Source: Planctomicrobium piriforme
GTDB taxonomy: Bacteria; Planctomycetota; Planctomycetia; Pirellulales; UBA1268
Direction: 5' to 3'
Assembly: GCA_945871035.1 (NCBI GenBank)
Contig: CAMBUD010000001.1
Coordinates: 17,609-81,608 of the forward strand
DNA length: 64,000 nucleotides
The position numbers and the translations under genes are program-made. The notes under the pieces are model-generated. The model saw only the letters and a list, made by a program, of their open reading frames with translations, was not told where the DNA came from and ran no database searches. Shown piece by piece: positions 44,677 to 53,211 of this stretch (its first letter is position 1; every line of letters starts with the position of its first letter).

Positions 44677-45060
44677 ATGCCACGACTCCTCGGTGTTGAC
44701 ATTCCGTCTGAAAAAAAGACGGTTTACTCGCTGCAGTATCTTTATGGTGTTGGCCAGAGGGTGGCTCGCGAGTTGTGCCACAAAGCGGGCGTTGATCCAG
44801 AGGGGATTGCCCGCAATCTTCACGAAGACGAACTCGCTCGCTTTGCGTCGCTGCTCGACAAAGACTACGTGGTCGAGGGACAGTTGCGTCGGCAGGTTGC
44901 ACAAAATATTTCACGTCTTAAGGATATTGGTAGCTACCGCGGTCTGCGGCATCGCCGCGGCCTGCCCGTGCGTGGTCAGCGCACCCGCACCAATGCCCGC
45001 ACCCGGAAGGGTCCAAAGAAAACTGTTGCCGGCAAGAAGGGCGTCAAGGATTTGAAGTAA
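44677..45060 (+). CDS. rpsM: 30S ribosomal protein S13
   Basis: 'MPRLLGVDIP..K.V..SL.YLYGVG', 'SYRGLRHRRGLPVRGQRTRTNARTRKG'. Confidence 0.97.
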   Translation: MPRLLGVDIPSEKKTVYSLQYLYGVGQRVARELCHKAGVDPEGIARNLHEDELARFASLLDKDYVVEGQLRRQVAQNISRLKDIGSYRGLRHRRGLPVRGQRTRTNARTRKGPKKTVAGKKGVKDLK

Positions 45061-45093
45061 CGGATTTGAAGTAGAAGCCCAAGATTTGAAGCA
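45048..45093. repeat. GATTTGAAG triple repeat spanning the rpsM stop codon
   Basis: ggatttgaagta at 45048-45059 includes the first two bases of the stop codon TAA (45058-45060). The same 12-mer recurs at 45062-45073, a 14-bp period, and a third degenerate copy agatttgaagca lies at 45082-45093. Confidence 0.85.
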
Positions 45094-45213
45094 ACCGATA
45101 CCCACGGTTGCACTCGTTTGTAACCAGAAATCACAAACACACACAGCACACCCATTTAAAACGAAACCCATTCGATCCACACAGGCCTGAGGCGCGTAAT
45201 CGAGCCCACATCA

Positions 45214-45591
45214 ATGTCAAAAGTTGCAAAGACAAAAAAGAAGAGCGTGACGTCGGGGATTGCCTTTATTACGGCGAGCTTTAACAACACAACCGTCACC
45301 ATCACCGACGCCAAGGGCGATACGCTGTGCTGGGCCAGTGGCGGTACGTGTGGCTTTAAGGGAAGCCGAAAGGGAACTCCGTTTGCCGGACAGTGCGCTG
45401 CCCAGCAGGCGGCCGAAAAGGCGGCCAAGTTTGGCGTCAAGGAACTCGAAGTGCGAGTTCGTGGTCCAGGCAGTGGTCGCGAAAGTGCCATTACGGCCTT
45501 GCAGGCTGCCGGCATGAACGTCAAGAGTATCGAGGACATCACGCCCTTGCCCCACAACGGTTGCCGACCACCGAAAAAGCGGCGCGTGTAA
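45214..45591 (+). CDS. rpsK: 30S ribosomal protein S11
   Basis: '[19 protein letters not shown]', '[12 protein letters not shown]', '[18 protein letters not shown]'. Confidence 0.97.
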   Translation: MSKVAKTKKKSVTSGIAFITASFNNTTVTITDAKGDTLCWASGGTCGFKGSRKGTPFAGQCAAQQAAEKAAKFGVKELEVRVRGPGSGRESAITALQAAGMNVKSIEDITPLPHNGCRPPKKRRV

Positions 45592-45698
45592 GCAAAAGAA
45601 TAAATCAATCACAAGAGAGCAACGTTGCTCGTTCGATTGTTGCGATCATTTTAATGAGATTCTCCTTCATCCCCCTCAACTGACAAGCGAAACGAATA

Positions 45699-46325
45699 AT
45701 GGGACGCATCACTGGGCCTGTTTGCCGACTGTGCCGTCGCGACGGACTCAAGCTATTTCTGAAGGGCAATCGCTGCGACACGCCAAAGTGCGCGTTTGAG
45801 CGGCGACCAACGCCACCGGGCATGGTGCAAAAGCGTCGTAGCAAGCCGACCGAATACGGTCTTCATCTGCGCGAAAAACAGAAGGTCAAGCATTATTACG
45901 GAGTGCTTGAAAGGCAGTTTCGCACCTACTTTGCGCGTGCTGAGCGCGGCTCCGGCAATACAGGTGAAATCCTCATGTCGCTCTTGGAGCGTCGTCTCGA
46001 CAACATCGTTCACCGGATTGGCTTTGCGGCCTCCCGTTCGGCAGCGCGGCAGATGGTGATGCACGGTCACATCACCATCAATGGCCGTCGTGTTGACGTC
46101 CCGAGCTATCAGGTGAAGGCCGGGGATTTGCTGCGGGTTAAAAATCGAGTAAAGAGCTTGCAGCTTGTGCATGCGGCGTTGGCGGAATCGCGTCGGGAAG
46201 TTCCTGATTTTCTCACGCGTAGCGATGAAGGCGTGCCCGAGGGGCGTGTCGATCGTTTGCCATCGGCCGAAGACGTTTCCATCCCAGTGCAGGCCAATCT
46301 GATCATTGAGTTGTGTTCCAAATGA
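45699..46325 (+). CDS. rpsD: 30S ribosomal protein S4 (N-terminal C4 zinc-finger form)
   Basis: 'GPVCRLCRRDGLKLFLKGNRCDTPKCAFERR', and S4 domain 'RLDNIVHRIGFA.SR..ARQ.V.HGHI..NG'. Confidence 0.97.
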   Translation: MGRITGPVCRLCRRDGLKLFLKGNRCDTPKCAFERRPTPPGMVQKRRSKPTEYGLHLREKQKVKHYYGVLERQFRTYFARAERGSGNTGEILMSLLERRLDNIVHRIGFAASRSAARQMVMHGHITINGRRVDVPSYQVKAGDLLRVKNRVKSLQLVHAALAESRREVPDFLTRSDEGVPEGRVDRLPSAEDVSIPVQANLIIELCSK

Positions 46326-46351
46326 CACGTGACAATCGAAGGAGTATTTAG

Positions 46352-47341
46352 ATGCACATTCGCTGGCGGGGCCTTGAATTGCCCGGCTCGGTTGTACCCG
46401 ACCTCAAGACAATCTCTGGAACATACGGCAAGTTCACTGCCGAGCCATTCGAGCGCGGCTTTGGCACAACCGTGGGTAATAGCCTGCGCCGCTTGTTGCT
46501 TTCGAGCCTCGAAGGCAGTGCCATTACGCAGATCAAGGTGGGTGGTGCATTGCACGAATTCACCACCATCAAGGGAGTGCTGGAAGATATTTCCGACATT
46601 GTGCTCAACGTCAAGAGCCTTGTGGTTAAAAATCACAGCGATTCGACCCGCGTCATTCGCGTGGAAAAAAATACGCGCGGTCCTGTGACGGGAGCCGATG
46701 TGCAAACGGATGAAGCCGTTGAGGTGTTCAACAAGGATCTTGTGATTGCCACGCTCACCGACGATGTCCCTTTTGAGCTTGAAATGGTCGTGGAGAATGG
46801 CCGTGGCTACGTGCCAGCCAGCGAGCACAGCCAGGAAACCCAAGAGATCGGCATCATTCCAGTGGACGCCATTTTTAGCCCGGTGACTCGGGTGCGTTAT
46901 GAGGTTGAAGAAACCCGCGTTGGTCAGAAGACGAACTACGACAGGCTCACGATGGAGATTTGGACCAATGGGACGGTGACGCCGGAGATGGCGTTGGTCG
47001 AGGCGGCAAAGATCCTGCGGAAGCACTTGAGTCCGTTTGTGGGTTACACCCGACCTGGTCCGAGTGTGAATCTTCCCGCTGCCGGCAGTCTGTTTGCGGT
47101 AGAGGCTCCGCTCGAAAGCCGCCTCAGCATGCTGGTTTCGGATCTCAAGCTGTCATTGCGAGCCAACAACTGTTTGGATACGGCAGGCATTAGCCTTATC
47201 CGAGATCTGGTCAGCCGTTCGCGAGAGGAGTTGCTTGAAGTACGAAATTTTGGTGAAACAACAATGCAGGAGATCGAAGAAAAGCTCAGCGAGATCGGTC
47301 TGCAGATTGGTATGCAGTTGCCGGTTGCAACCGAGGTTTGA
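46352..47341 (+). CDS. rpoA: DNA-directed RNA polymerase subunit alpha
   Basis: '[26 protein letters not shown]', and C-terminal domain '[34 protein letters not shown]'. Confidence 0.97.
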   Translation: MHIRWRGLELPGSVVPDLKTISGTYGKFTAEPFERGFGTTVGNSLRRLLLSSLEGSAITQIKVGGALHEFTTIKGVLEDISDIVLNVKSLVVKNHSDSTRVIRVEKNTRGPVTGADVQTDEAVEVFNKDLVIATLTDDVPFELEMVVENGRGYVPASEHSQETQEIGIIPVDAIFSPVTRVRYEVEETRVGQKTNYDRLTMEIWTNGTVTPEMALVEAAKILRKHLSPFVGYTRPGPSVNLPAAGSLFAVEAPLESRLSMLVSDLKLSLRANNCLDTAGISLIRDLVSRSREELLEVRNFGETTMQEIEEKLSEIGLQIGMQLPVATEV

Positions 47342-47357
47342 CGGCGGCTGCTCTCTT

Positions 47358-47396
47358 TAGCACATTCGGTAAACACACTCGTTAAACACATTCGGA
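47358..47396. repeat. 13-bp x3 degenerate tandem repeat in the rpoA-rplQ spacer
   Basis: The units are tagcacattcggt / aaacacactcgtt / aaacacattcgga. The array ends 16 nt before the rplQ ATG. Confidence 0.75.
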
Positions 47397-47412
47397 TCAA
47401 AGGACTCACTAC

Positions 47413-48009
47413 ATGCGCCACCGTCGCAAAGGTCGTGTACTCGGCAGAAGCCCCTCTCACCAAAGAGCGCTGCTGCGCAATTTGGCCTCAGCCTTGATGC
47501 TGACAGAGCGTGAAGTAGAGATTGACGAAGTGGGAGCTCCCAAAGTAGCTGGCCGAATCATTACCACCGTTGCCAAGGCCAAAGAAGTACGGCCATTGGT
47601 GGAAAAGTGCATCACGATCGCCAAGCGTGGGCTGATTGCCATTGACCGTGCAAATCAATTCAGCACAGCGGCCGGTAGAAATACAGTCGAGTGGAAGCAG
47701 TGGCGGACTGGTGAGCAGTGGCACAAGTGGGCGGTGGCATCGGCTCCAGCTGTTGCAGCCCGCCGTCGTGTTGTGCAGCTACTAGGCGACAAGCAGGCGA
47801 CTCGAATTCTATTTTCAACGATAGCCCCTCGGTTCGTTGATCGTCCGGGTGGATACACGCGGATTCTGAAGATGGCAACACCACGACTGGGAGATGCTGG
47901 CCCCCGAGCGTTGCTTGAATTTGTCGGCAACGAATCACGTACCGAACGTGCCGTTGCTCCGAAGGTTGACTCCGCTCGCCCGCCGCGAAAGAAAAAAGCC
48001 GGCACCTAA
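47413..48009 (+). CDS. rplQ: 50S ribosomal protein L17 (internal insertion plus basic C-terminal tail)
   Basis: 'MRHRRKGRVLGRSPSHQRALLRNLA..L', 'RPGGYTRILK'. Confidence 0.95.
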   Translation: MRHRRKGRVLGRSPSHQRALLRNLASALMLTEREVEIDEVGAPKVAGRIITTVAKAKEVRPLVEKCITIAKRGLIAIDRANQFSTAAGRNTVEWKQWRTGEQWHKWAVASAPAVAARRRVVQLLGDKQATRILFSTIAPRFVDRPGGYTRILKMATPRLGDAGPRALLEFVGNESRTERAVAPKVDSARPPRKKKAGT

Positions 48010-48011
48010 AT

Positions 48012-48066
48012 AAAGCCTGTTGGCATGTCGCCGAATGAGGGCTTCTTGGTCGGCAGGCTTTTGTCA
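48012..48066 (+). terminator. rho-independent terminator candidate after rplQ
   Basis: AAAGCCTGTTGGC pairs with GTCGGCAGGCTTT over 13 bp including G-U pairs. The stem is followed by a short T-run (TTTTG). Confidence 0.5.
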
Positions 48067-48325
48067 CAGGGTTGGTTCAAAGACCCGCTGGAGGTGTGTC
48101 TTGCTAGGCACGTTACCGGCCAGAGAGCTTCTGTCTGGTGAGCGGAGCCCTGCGAGCCCTAGCTGCCTGCCGTTCACGGCCTGTTTTTGTCATTCCGTCT
48201 GTAATGGAGACGGTGGATTCGGCTGCCAACGCGTTTTCATCGCGGCGGGAATAGGCTTTCTGGATCACAACGAATAGAATGCGGTTAGCCAATGCAGGCC
48301 GCTTGCCGGTGTGCATTCCGTTTGG

Positions 48326-48396
48326 CCGCTCATTACTTGGCCGCTGATTACCGCTCGTTACCGCTCATTACCGCTCATTACATTGGCCGCTCATTA
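48326..48396. repeat. array of six 10-bp CCGCT(C/G)(A/G)TTA units
   Basis: Copies lie at 48326, 48341, 48351, 48361, 48371 and 48387. Four of them are contiguous with an exact 10-bp period (48341-48380). The array lies 34-104 nt upstream of the probable GTG start at 48430. Confidence 0.9.
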
Positions 48397-48429
48397 ACAG
48401 AGCGCTTTCATAGAGAGAGGATCATCACA

Positions 48430-50121
48430 GTGGATCGGAAAAATCGTATTCGGGTGGCAGCCATCGGGGGCGTGGCGGCAGTTGTTTTTTCTGTGACGAT
48501 CGGCAGTGCAAAACTACCAGCGGCAGACGACCATTTCGGTCTTCCGCAGGTGAAGTTTATCAATGAGCAAGTGGCGGCTGGCTGGACTGGTTCCAGCGTG
48601 CAGCCTTCTGCCGCGGCCACCGACGGCGAATGGTGCCGCCGCGTGTATCTCGACATCATCGGCCGCGTGCCGTCGGTCGTAGAGTTGCAAAAGTTTGTCA
48701 CAGAATCTTCGCCGACAAAGCGACCGGAGCTTGTGTCTCGTCTGCTTGGCGACGACTACTACGAAGATGAGTATGCGCGAAATTGGACAGACGTTTGGAC
48801 AACGATCCTGATTGGTCGAGATGTTGCCAATCAAATGGTCAGTCGCCCCGGCATGCGACAGTATCTGCGGCGGGCCTTTTCGAAAAATATCCCCTACGAT
48901 CAGTTCATGGAGGAGTTGGTAACGGCAACCGGCCTGAATACAAACTCAAAAGGCGTCGAGGGCTTCAACGGTGCAACGAATTTTTTGAGCGGCAAGATGG
49001 AGGAAAATGGCGCACAGGCTACGGCCAAAACAGCGCAGGTTTTTCTGGGCCTGCAGGTGCAGTGCACGCAGTGCCATAATCATCCGTTCAACAAGGGAAA
49101 GCAAAATCAGTTTTGGGAATTCAACGCATTCTTTCGACAGTCACGCGCGCTGCGAAAGTCGGAAGGCGATCAGCGATGGGTTGAGATGGTTGACGAAGAT
49201 TTTGCGGGCGAAGGGGGCAATCCGGAGGAAGCAGAACTCTACTACGAGTTGCGCAACGGCCTCATGAAGGTGGCCTATCCAGTTTTTATAGATGGCACAG
49301 AAATTTCAAAAAATGGTTATCTGCCAGGCAGCTTGGACGATGGCACCAAGTATGGCGTGAATCGTCGCCAGGAGATCTCGCAGTTGATCAAGGCCAGCCC
49401 GCTTTTATCCAAGGCGATTGTCAATCGGATGTGGGGTCACTTTTTAGGGTATGGCTTTACGAAGCCGGTCGATGATTTAGGGGAGCACAACCCACCGTCG
49501 CATCCCGAGTTACTCGATGGGCTGGCCGATCAATTTCGCGAGCAAAGCTACGATCTCAAAGAGCTCGTGCGCTGGATTGTGCTTTCAAAGCCCTATTCTC
49601 TTTCGAGCAAAGCAACAAAAGGAAATGTCCGCGACGATCCAGCCCTCGGTGAAAAACCAAAGTTCTCACACTTTTATCTGCGGCAGATGCAGGCCGAGCA
49701 ACTGTATGAGTCGCTGCTCACGGCCACTGAAGCAGACAAATCTCAAGGAGAGGCAGCTGCAAAAAAGAAAGATGACTGGTTAAAGCAGTTCATCATTGCA
49801 TTTGGAACCGACGAGGGCGACGACTCTACCACATTTAACGGTTCGATCCCGCAGGTGTTGATGATGTTCAATGGAGATCTCGTCAAAAATGCCACCGGTA
49901 CAGGAAAAGGTGGCTTCCTTGATAAAATCGCTTCAGGTCCACTCAGGAACCCGGCCAAGATCGACATGCTCTACATGGCGGCCTTTGCCAGAAAGCCGTC
50001 ACCAAAAGAACTGGACGTGGCCAACCAACTCATGGTGGCCCGCAAGGGCGATGCGGTTGGGGCCCTGCAGGATGTTTGGTGGGCCGTGCTCAATTCCAAC
50101 GAGTTCATCATCAATCATTAA
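48430..50121 (+). CDS. DUF1549/DUF1553 domain protein (planctomycete PSD1-type)
   Basis: 'VFLGLQVQCTQCHNHPF', 'AIVNRMWGHFLGYGF', 'WWAVLNSNEFIINH'. The GTG at 48430 has GAGAGAGG 9 nt upstream and an N-terminal anchor 'IRVAAIGGVAAVVFSV'. The ORF track extends to 48292. Confidence 0.8.
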   Translation: MDRKNRIRVAAIGGVAAVVFSVTIGSAKLPAADDHFGLPQVKFINEQVAAGWTGSSVQPSAAATDGEWCRRVYLDIIGRVPSVVELQKFVTESSPTKRPELVSRLLGDDYYEDEYARNWTDVWTTILIGRDVANQMVSRPGMRQYLRRAFSKNIPYDQFMEELVTATGLNTNSKGVEGFNGATNFLSGKMEENGAQATAKTAQVFLGLQVQCTQCHNHPFNKGKQNQFWEFNAFFRQSRALRKSEGDQRWVEMVDEDFAGEGGNPEEAELYYELRNGLMKVAYPVFIDGTEISKNGYLPGSLDDGTKYGVNRRQEISQLIKASPLLSKAIVNRMWGHFLGYGFTKPVDDLGEHNPPSHPELLDGLADQFREQSYDLKELVRWIVLSKPYSLSSKATKGNVRDDPALGEKPKFSHFYLRQMQAEQLYESLLTATEADKSQGEAAAKKKDDWLKQFIIAFGTDEGDDSTTFNGSIPQVLMMFNGDLVKNATGTGKGGFLDKIASGPLRNPAKIDMLYMAAFARKPSPKELDVANQLMVARKGDAVGALQDVWWAVLNSNEFIINH

Positions 50122-50153
50122 AAAATTACCAAACCTGCCTTTTTAAGTAAGAA

Positions 50154-50177
50154 ACACTGATTTTCACACTGATTTTC
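50154..50177. repeat. perfect 12-bp tandem duplication (acactgattttc x2)
   Basis: The copies are at 50154-50165 and 50166-50177, in the spacer between the DUF1549/1553 and DUF1501 genes. Confidence 0.9.
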
Positions 50178-50294
50178 GCACGGAGTTTCGCTTCTGTTTG
50201 GGAATAACGCAGACTGTTACCAACGAACGATTGAAGAGCCAGTACAAAAATTTGCTTAGGACCGGATGGTTTCTCGCTACCCAGGAGTTTTCAC

Positions 50295-51614
50295 ATGAGT
50301 TCCTTCTCTGATGGCATGGCCGGCCTAAACCGGTTTTCCGCTGGATCGTACGGCATTCCTGAGGGTATGAACCGACGCCATTTCATGAGTCACCTCGCCG
50401 GGGCCGCTGCCTTGGCTGCACCGGCTACGGCGTTTACGAACTCCATTCTGGCCAATGCGACCGATCTGCGCAAGCGACACAAGTCGGCCATTCTGCTCTG
50501 GATGGGAGGCGGCCCAAGCACAATGGACATTTGGGATCTCAAGCCCGGTGCGGCAACCGGCGGTCCGTTTAAGCAGATATCGACAAGCGCCGACGGCATT
50601 GCGATCTGCGAGCACATGCCCGAGATGGCGAAGCAAATGCATCACATGTCGATCGTGCGTTCCATGAGCACTCGCGAGGCCGACCACATGCGTGGTCGCT
50701 ATTACATGCACACGGGATATGTGCCTAATCCCAACGTCGAATATCCAAGCTACGGTTCTGTGATCGCTCATGAGCTTGCTGAGCAGGTTCCGGAACTTGA
50801 AATCCCACCGTTTGTCTCAGTCGGCAGCGGCAGCGTTGGTCCGGGCTTTCTGGGAATGACTTGGGCGCCGTTTGTGGTCGACTCCAACGGCAACGTTCGC
50901 AACCTCGACATGGGCATCGATCCCACACGTTTGGCGCAGCGCATGGAGATGCTGGCGACAATCGAGAAAAAGTTTATTGCTGAGAAGCGGGGAGGCTCTT
51001 CAGACGATCATGCCAAGGTGCTTGATAAGACCGTCAAGCTCATGACAAGCAAGCAGATGGAGGCCTTCAAGGTTTCCAAGGAACCGAAGGAAGTGCAGGA
51101 TAAATACGGTGCCACTGGTTTCGGTCGCGGCTGCTTGATGGCCAGAAGGCTTGTGGAAATCGGTGTGCCGTTCGTAGAAGTCGATTTGGGTGGTTGGGAT
51201 AATCATGGCGGAATCTTTCCGACACTGTCCAACCAAAAGCTGCCCGAACTCGACAAGGCGATGAGCGCCTTGGTAAGCGATCTGTCCGAGCGTGGTTTGC
51301 TCGATGACACGGCCATCATTTGGATGGGTGAATTTAGCCGCACACCAAACATCAATGGCGGCGGCGGTCGCGATCACTGGGCTCGAAGCTGGAGTGTGGT
51401 TGTCGGCGGTGCTGGTTTCAAGCGCGGTGTTGTGGTTGGCGAAACAAGTTCTGATGGCAAAGAGGTTGTGAGCGAGGCCTACACATCGCAGGACGTGATG
51501 GCCAGCGTGCTGAAGTCGTTGGGTATTTCGCTGGAGACTGCTTTCACGGCGAAGAATGGCCGACCGATGAAGATTGCCAATGCAGGCAAAGTGATCAAGG
51601 AATTGTTCGCCTGA
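50295..51614 (+). CDS. DUF1501 domain protein (sulfatase-like fold) with a twin-arginine signal
   Basis: 'MNRRHFMSHLAGAAALAAPATAF' is Tat-like, with 'LLWMGGGPSTMDIWDLKP', 'GGWDNH', 'GEFSRTP', 'GRDHW'. This gene type typically partners a DUF1549/1553 gene. An alternative start lies at 50367. Confidence 0.85.
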   Translation: MSSFSDGMAGLNRFSAGSYGIPEGMNRRHFMSHLAGAAALAAPATAFTNSILANATDLRKRHKSAILLWMGGGPSTMDIWDLKPGAATGGPFKQISTSADGIAICEHMPEMAKQMHHMSIVRSMSTREADHMRGRYYMHTGYVPNPNVEYPSYGSVIAHELAEQVPELEIPPFVSVGSGSVGPGFLGMTWAPFVVDSNGNVRNLDMGIDPTRLAQRMEMLATIEKKFIAEKRGGSSDDHAKVLDKTVKLMTSKQMEAFKVSKEPKEVQDKYGATGFGRGCLMARRLVEIGVPFVEVDLGGWDNHGGIFPTLSNQKLPELDKAMSALVSDLSERGLLDDTAIIWMGEFSRTPNINGGGGRDHWARSWSVVVGGAGFKRGVVVGETSSDGKEVVSEAYTSQDVMASVLKSLGISLETAFTAKNGRPMKIANAGKVIKELFA

Positions 51615-51631
51615 ACCGGGCCTCACGGGCC

Positions 51632-53074
51632 ATGCAGAATTCTGCGATCGGAACGGTCGAAAAAAATAAGCTCCCGTTGGGCGGCGTTACCAACTTGCCG
51701 GGGACGCTACGGCCGGTGATCTGGCTCGTGGTGCCGGTGCTGGTTGAGCAGATCTTGGCTTTGTCGGTCGGTTTCACCGACAAATGGCTGGCCGGCAATC
51801 TTCTCGACGGCGCTGAATATCTGGCAGCAGTGGGGCTTGTGGCCTATTGTTTAGCCCTGCTACCAGGACTCTTTGCCATACCGGCTGTGGCGGCCACGTG
51901 TCTTGTGGCCCGGAGCGTTGGCGCCGGTGATCTGACAGCTGCGCGACGGGCGGCCACGCAATCGCTGCTGGTGGGGGCTGTGCTAGTAGCAATTCTGTTG
52001 GGCCTTGCAAGCGTGGCCGGCGAGGCATTTGTGCACTGGATGGGACTGCCAGCGGAAAGCACAGCATTGGCCTGGCGTTATCTCAGCATCGTGGTGCCGG
52101 CGCTGCCGGCGATGATGATCATTCACGTGGGCGTTGCGGTGCTGAGGGGGGCCGGCAACATGGTGGCGGGTCTCTTTTCGATGTCGGTCGTGAATCTCGT
52201 GAATGCAGGGGCTAGCTACGCGCTGGCGACGGGATGCTTTGGACTGCCGCGATTGGGCTGGGAGGGTCTGGCTTGGGGTACGCTGGCAGGCTATTGCTGT
52301 GGAGCCGTCTGCGTTTTGTTTTTGCTGACACGTTCTGCCTTTCATCTCCGGCCTCAAGCGAGCGATTGGCGGCCCGATTATCGGCGGCTACAACGGATTT
52401 TACACGTAGGTATTCCAGCAGGAGTTGATGCGGTTGCCAACGCCGCCTGTCACCTAGGATTTCTTTCAATCGTGAACCGTTTGGGCAACACCGATGCCGC
52501 CGCCCATGGTTTGGCCATTACGATCGAGTCGCTGGCCTTTCTGCCAGGCAGCGCTTTTGCGGTCGCCGCCGCAACGCTCGCAGGACAATTTCTGGGTGCT
52601 GGTGATGAACGACGCGCGCGGGAAAGCGTTTGGCTGGCAGCGCTGGGCTGTACGGGATTGATGACAGTGGCCGGCATTGTGTTTCTGCTAACAGCCGATG
52701 GGTTGGCAGCATGGTTTGTGGGGGGGGCAGGACGGCAGCCGGAGGTGGCGGCGTTGACGGCTACGCTCGTACGGATTGTGGCCTTTGCTCAGCCCCCACT
52801 GGCCCTGTTGATGGTGCTGTCGGGTGGGTTGCGGGGCGGCGGCGCCACCCGTCCGCCGCTGCTGGTCAATTTTCTTGGTTTGCTGGTGATTCGGCTGCCA
52901 CTAGCGATGCTGCTGGCCTGGCCGGAGATCGAATTACCCGGGGGAATCCTGCTGACAGGCTTGGGGTTGGGTGCGGCCGGGGCGTGGTATGCGATGGCGG
53001 CCGATCTGACAGTGCGCAGCGTGGCGATGCTCATTATTTTCAAACACAAAAGCTGGTCGCGGGTCTCGGTTTAA
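51632..53074 (+). CDS. MATE family efflux transporter
   Basis: About 12 transmembrane segments. The N-terminus 'LVVPVLVEQILALSVGFTDKWLAG' and the internal duplication pattern are typical of NorM/DinF proteins. Confidence 0.8.
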   Translation: MQNSAIGTVEKNKLPLGGVTNLPGTLRPVIWLVVPVLVEQILALSVGFTDKWLAGNLLDGAEYLAAVGLVAYCLALLPGLFAIPAVAATCLVARSVGAGDLTAARRAATQSLLVGAVLVAILLGLASVAGEAFVHWMGLPAESTALAWRYLSIVVPALPAMMIIHVGVAVLRGAGNMVAGLFSMSVVNLVNAGASYALATGCFGLPRLGWEGLAWGTLAGYCCGAVCVLFLLTRSAFHLRPQASDWRPDYRRLQRILHVGIPAGVDAVANAACHLGFLSIVNRLGNTDAAAHGLAITIESLAFLPGSAFAVAAATLAGQFLGAGDERRARESVWLAALGCTGLMTVAGIVFLLTADGLAAWFVGGAGRQPEVAALTATLVRIVAFAQPPLALLMVLSGGLRGGGATRPPLLVNFLGLLVIRLPLAMLLAWPEIELPGGILLTGLGLGAAGAWYAMAADLTVRSVAMLIIFKHKSWSRVSV

Positions 53075-53211
53075 TCTGTGCGGCGAATGGATGCCGGCAG
53101 CGGCAAACAGCTTGATTGCCATAGCCTTGCCGCCCGGCAACGCTACACTCAACTCTAAAGGCTGGCGACAGATAAACACCCGTTGCTGATTTACTCTCTC
53201 TGCGAGGTCCG

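Noticed and set aside
48063-48325. Possible small RNA or small protein (ORFs 48020..48277 on the plus strand and 48113..48316 on the minus strand) in the unassigned region after rplQ.
   Set aside because: I found only weak hairpins (GCCG-ttca-CGGC followed by a T-run at 48169-48188, and CCGTCT-gtaatgg-AGACGG at 48195-48213) and compositionally implausible ORFs. That is insufficient evidence to call a gene, though transcriptome data could revisit this.
48292-48429. N-terminal extension of the DUF1549/1553 ORF, which would translate the 10-bp repeat array as 'LAAHYLAADYRSLPLITAHYIGRSL'.
   Set aside because: The downstream GTG at 48430 has an SD-like sequence and yields a proper N-terminal membrane anchor. 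The extension has no signal-like features and consists of repeat-derived sequence.
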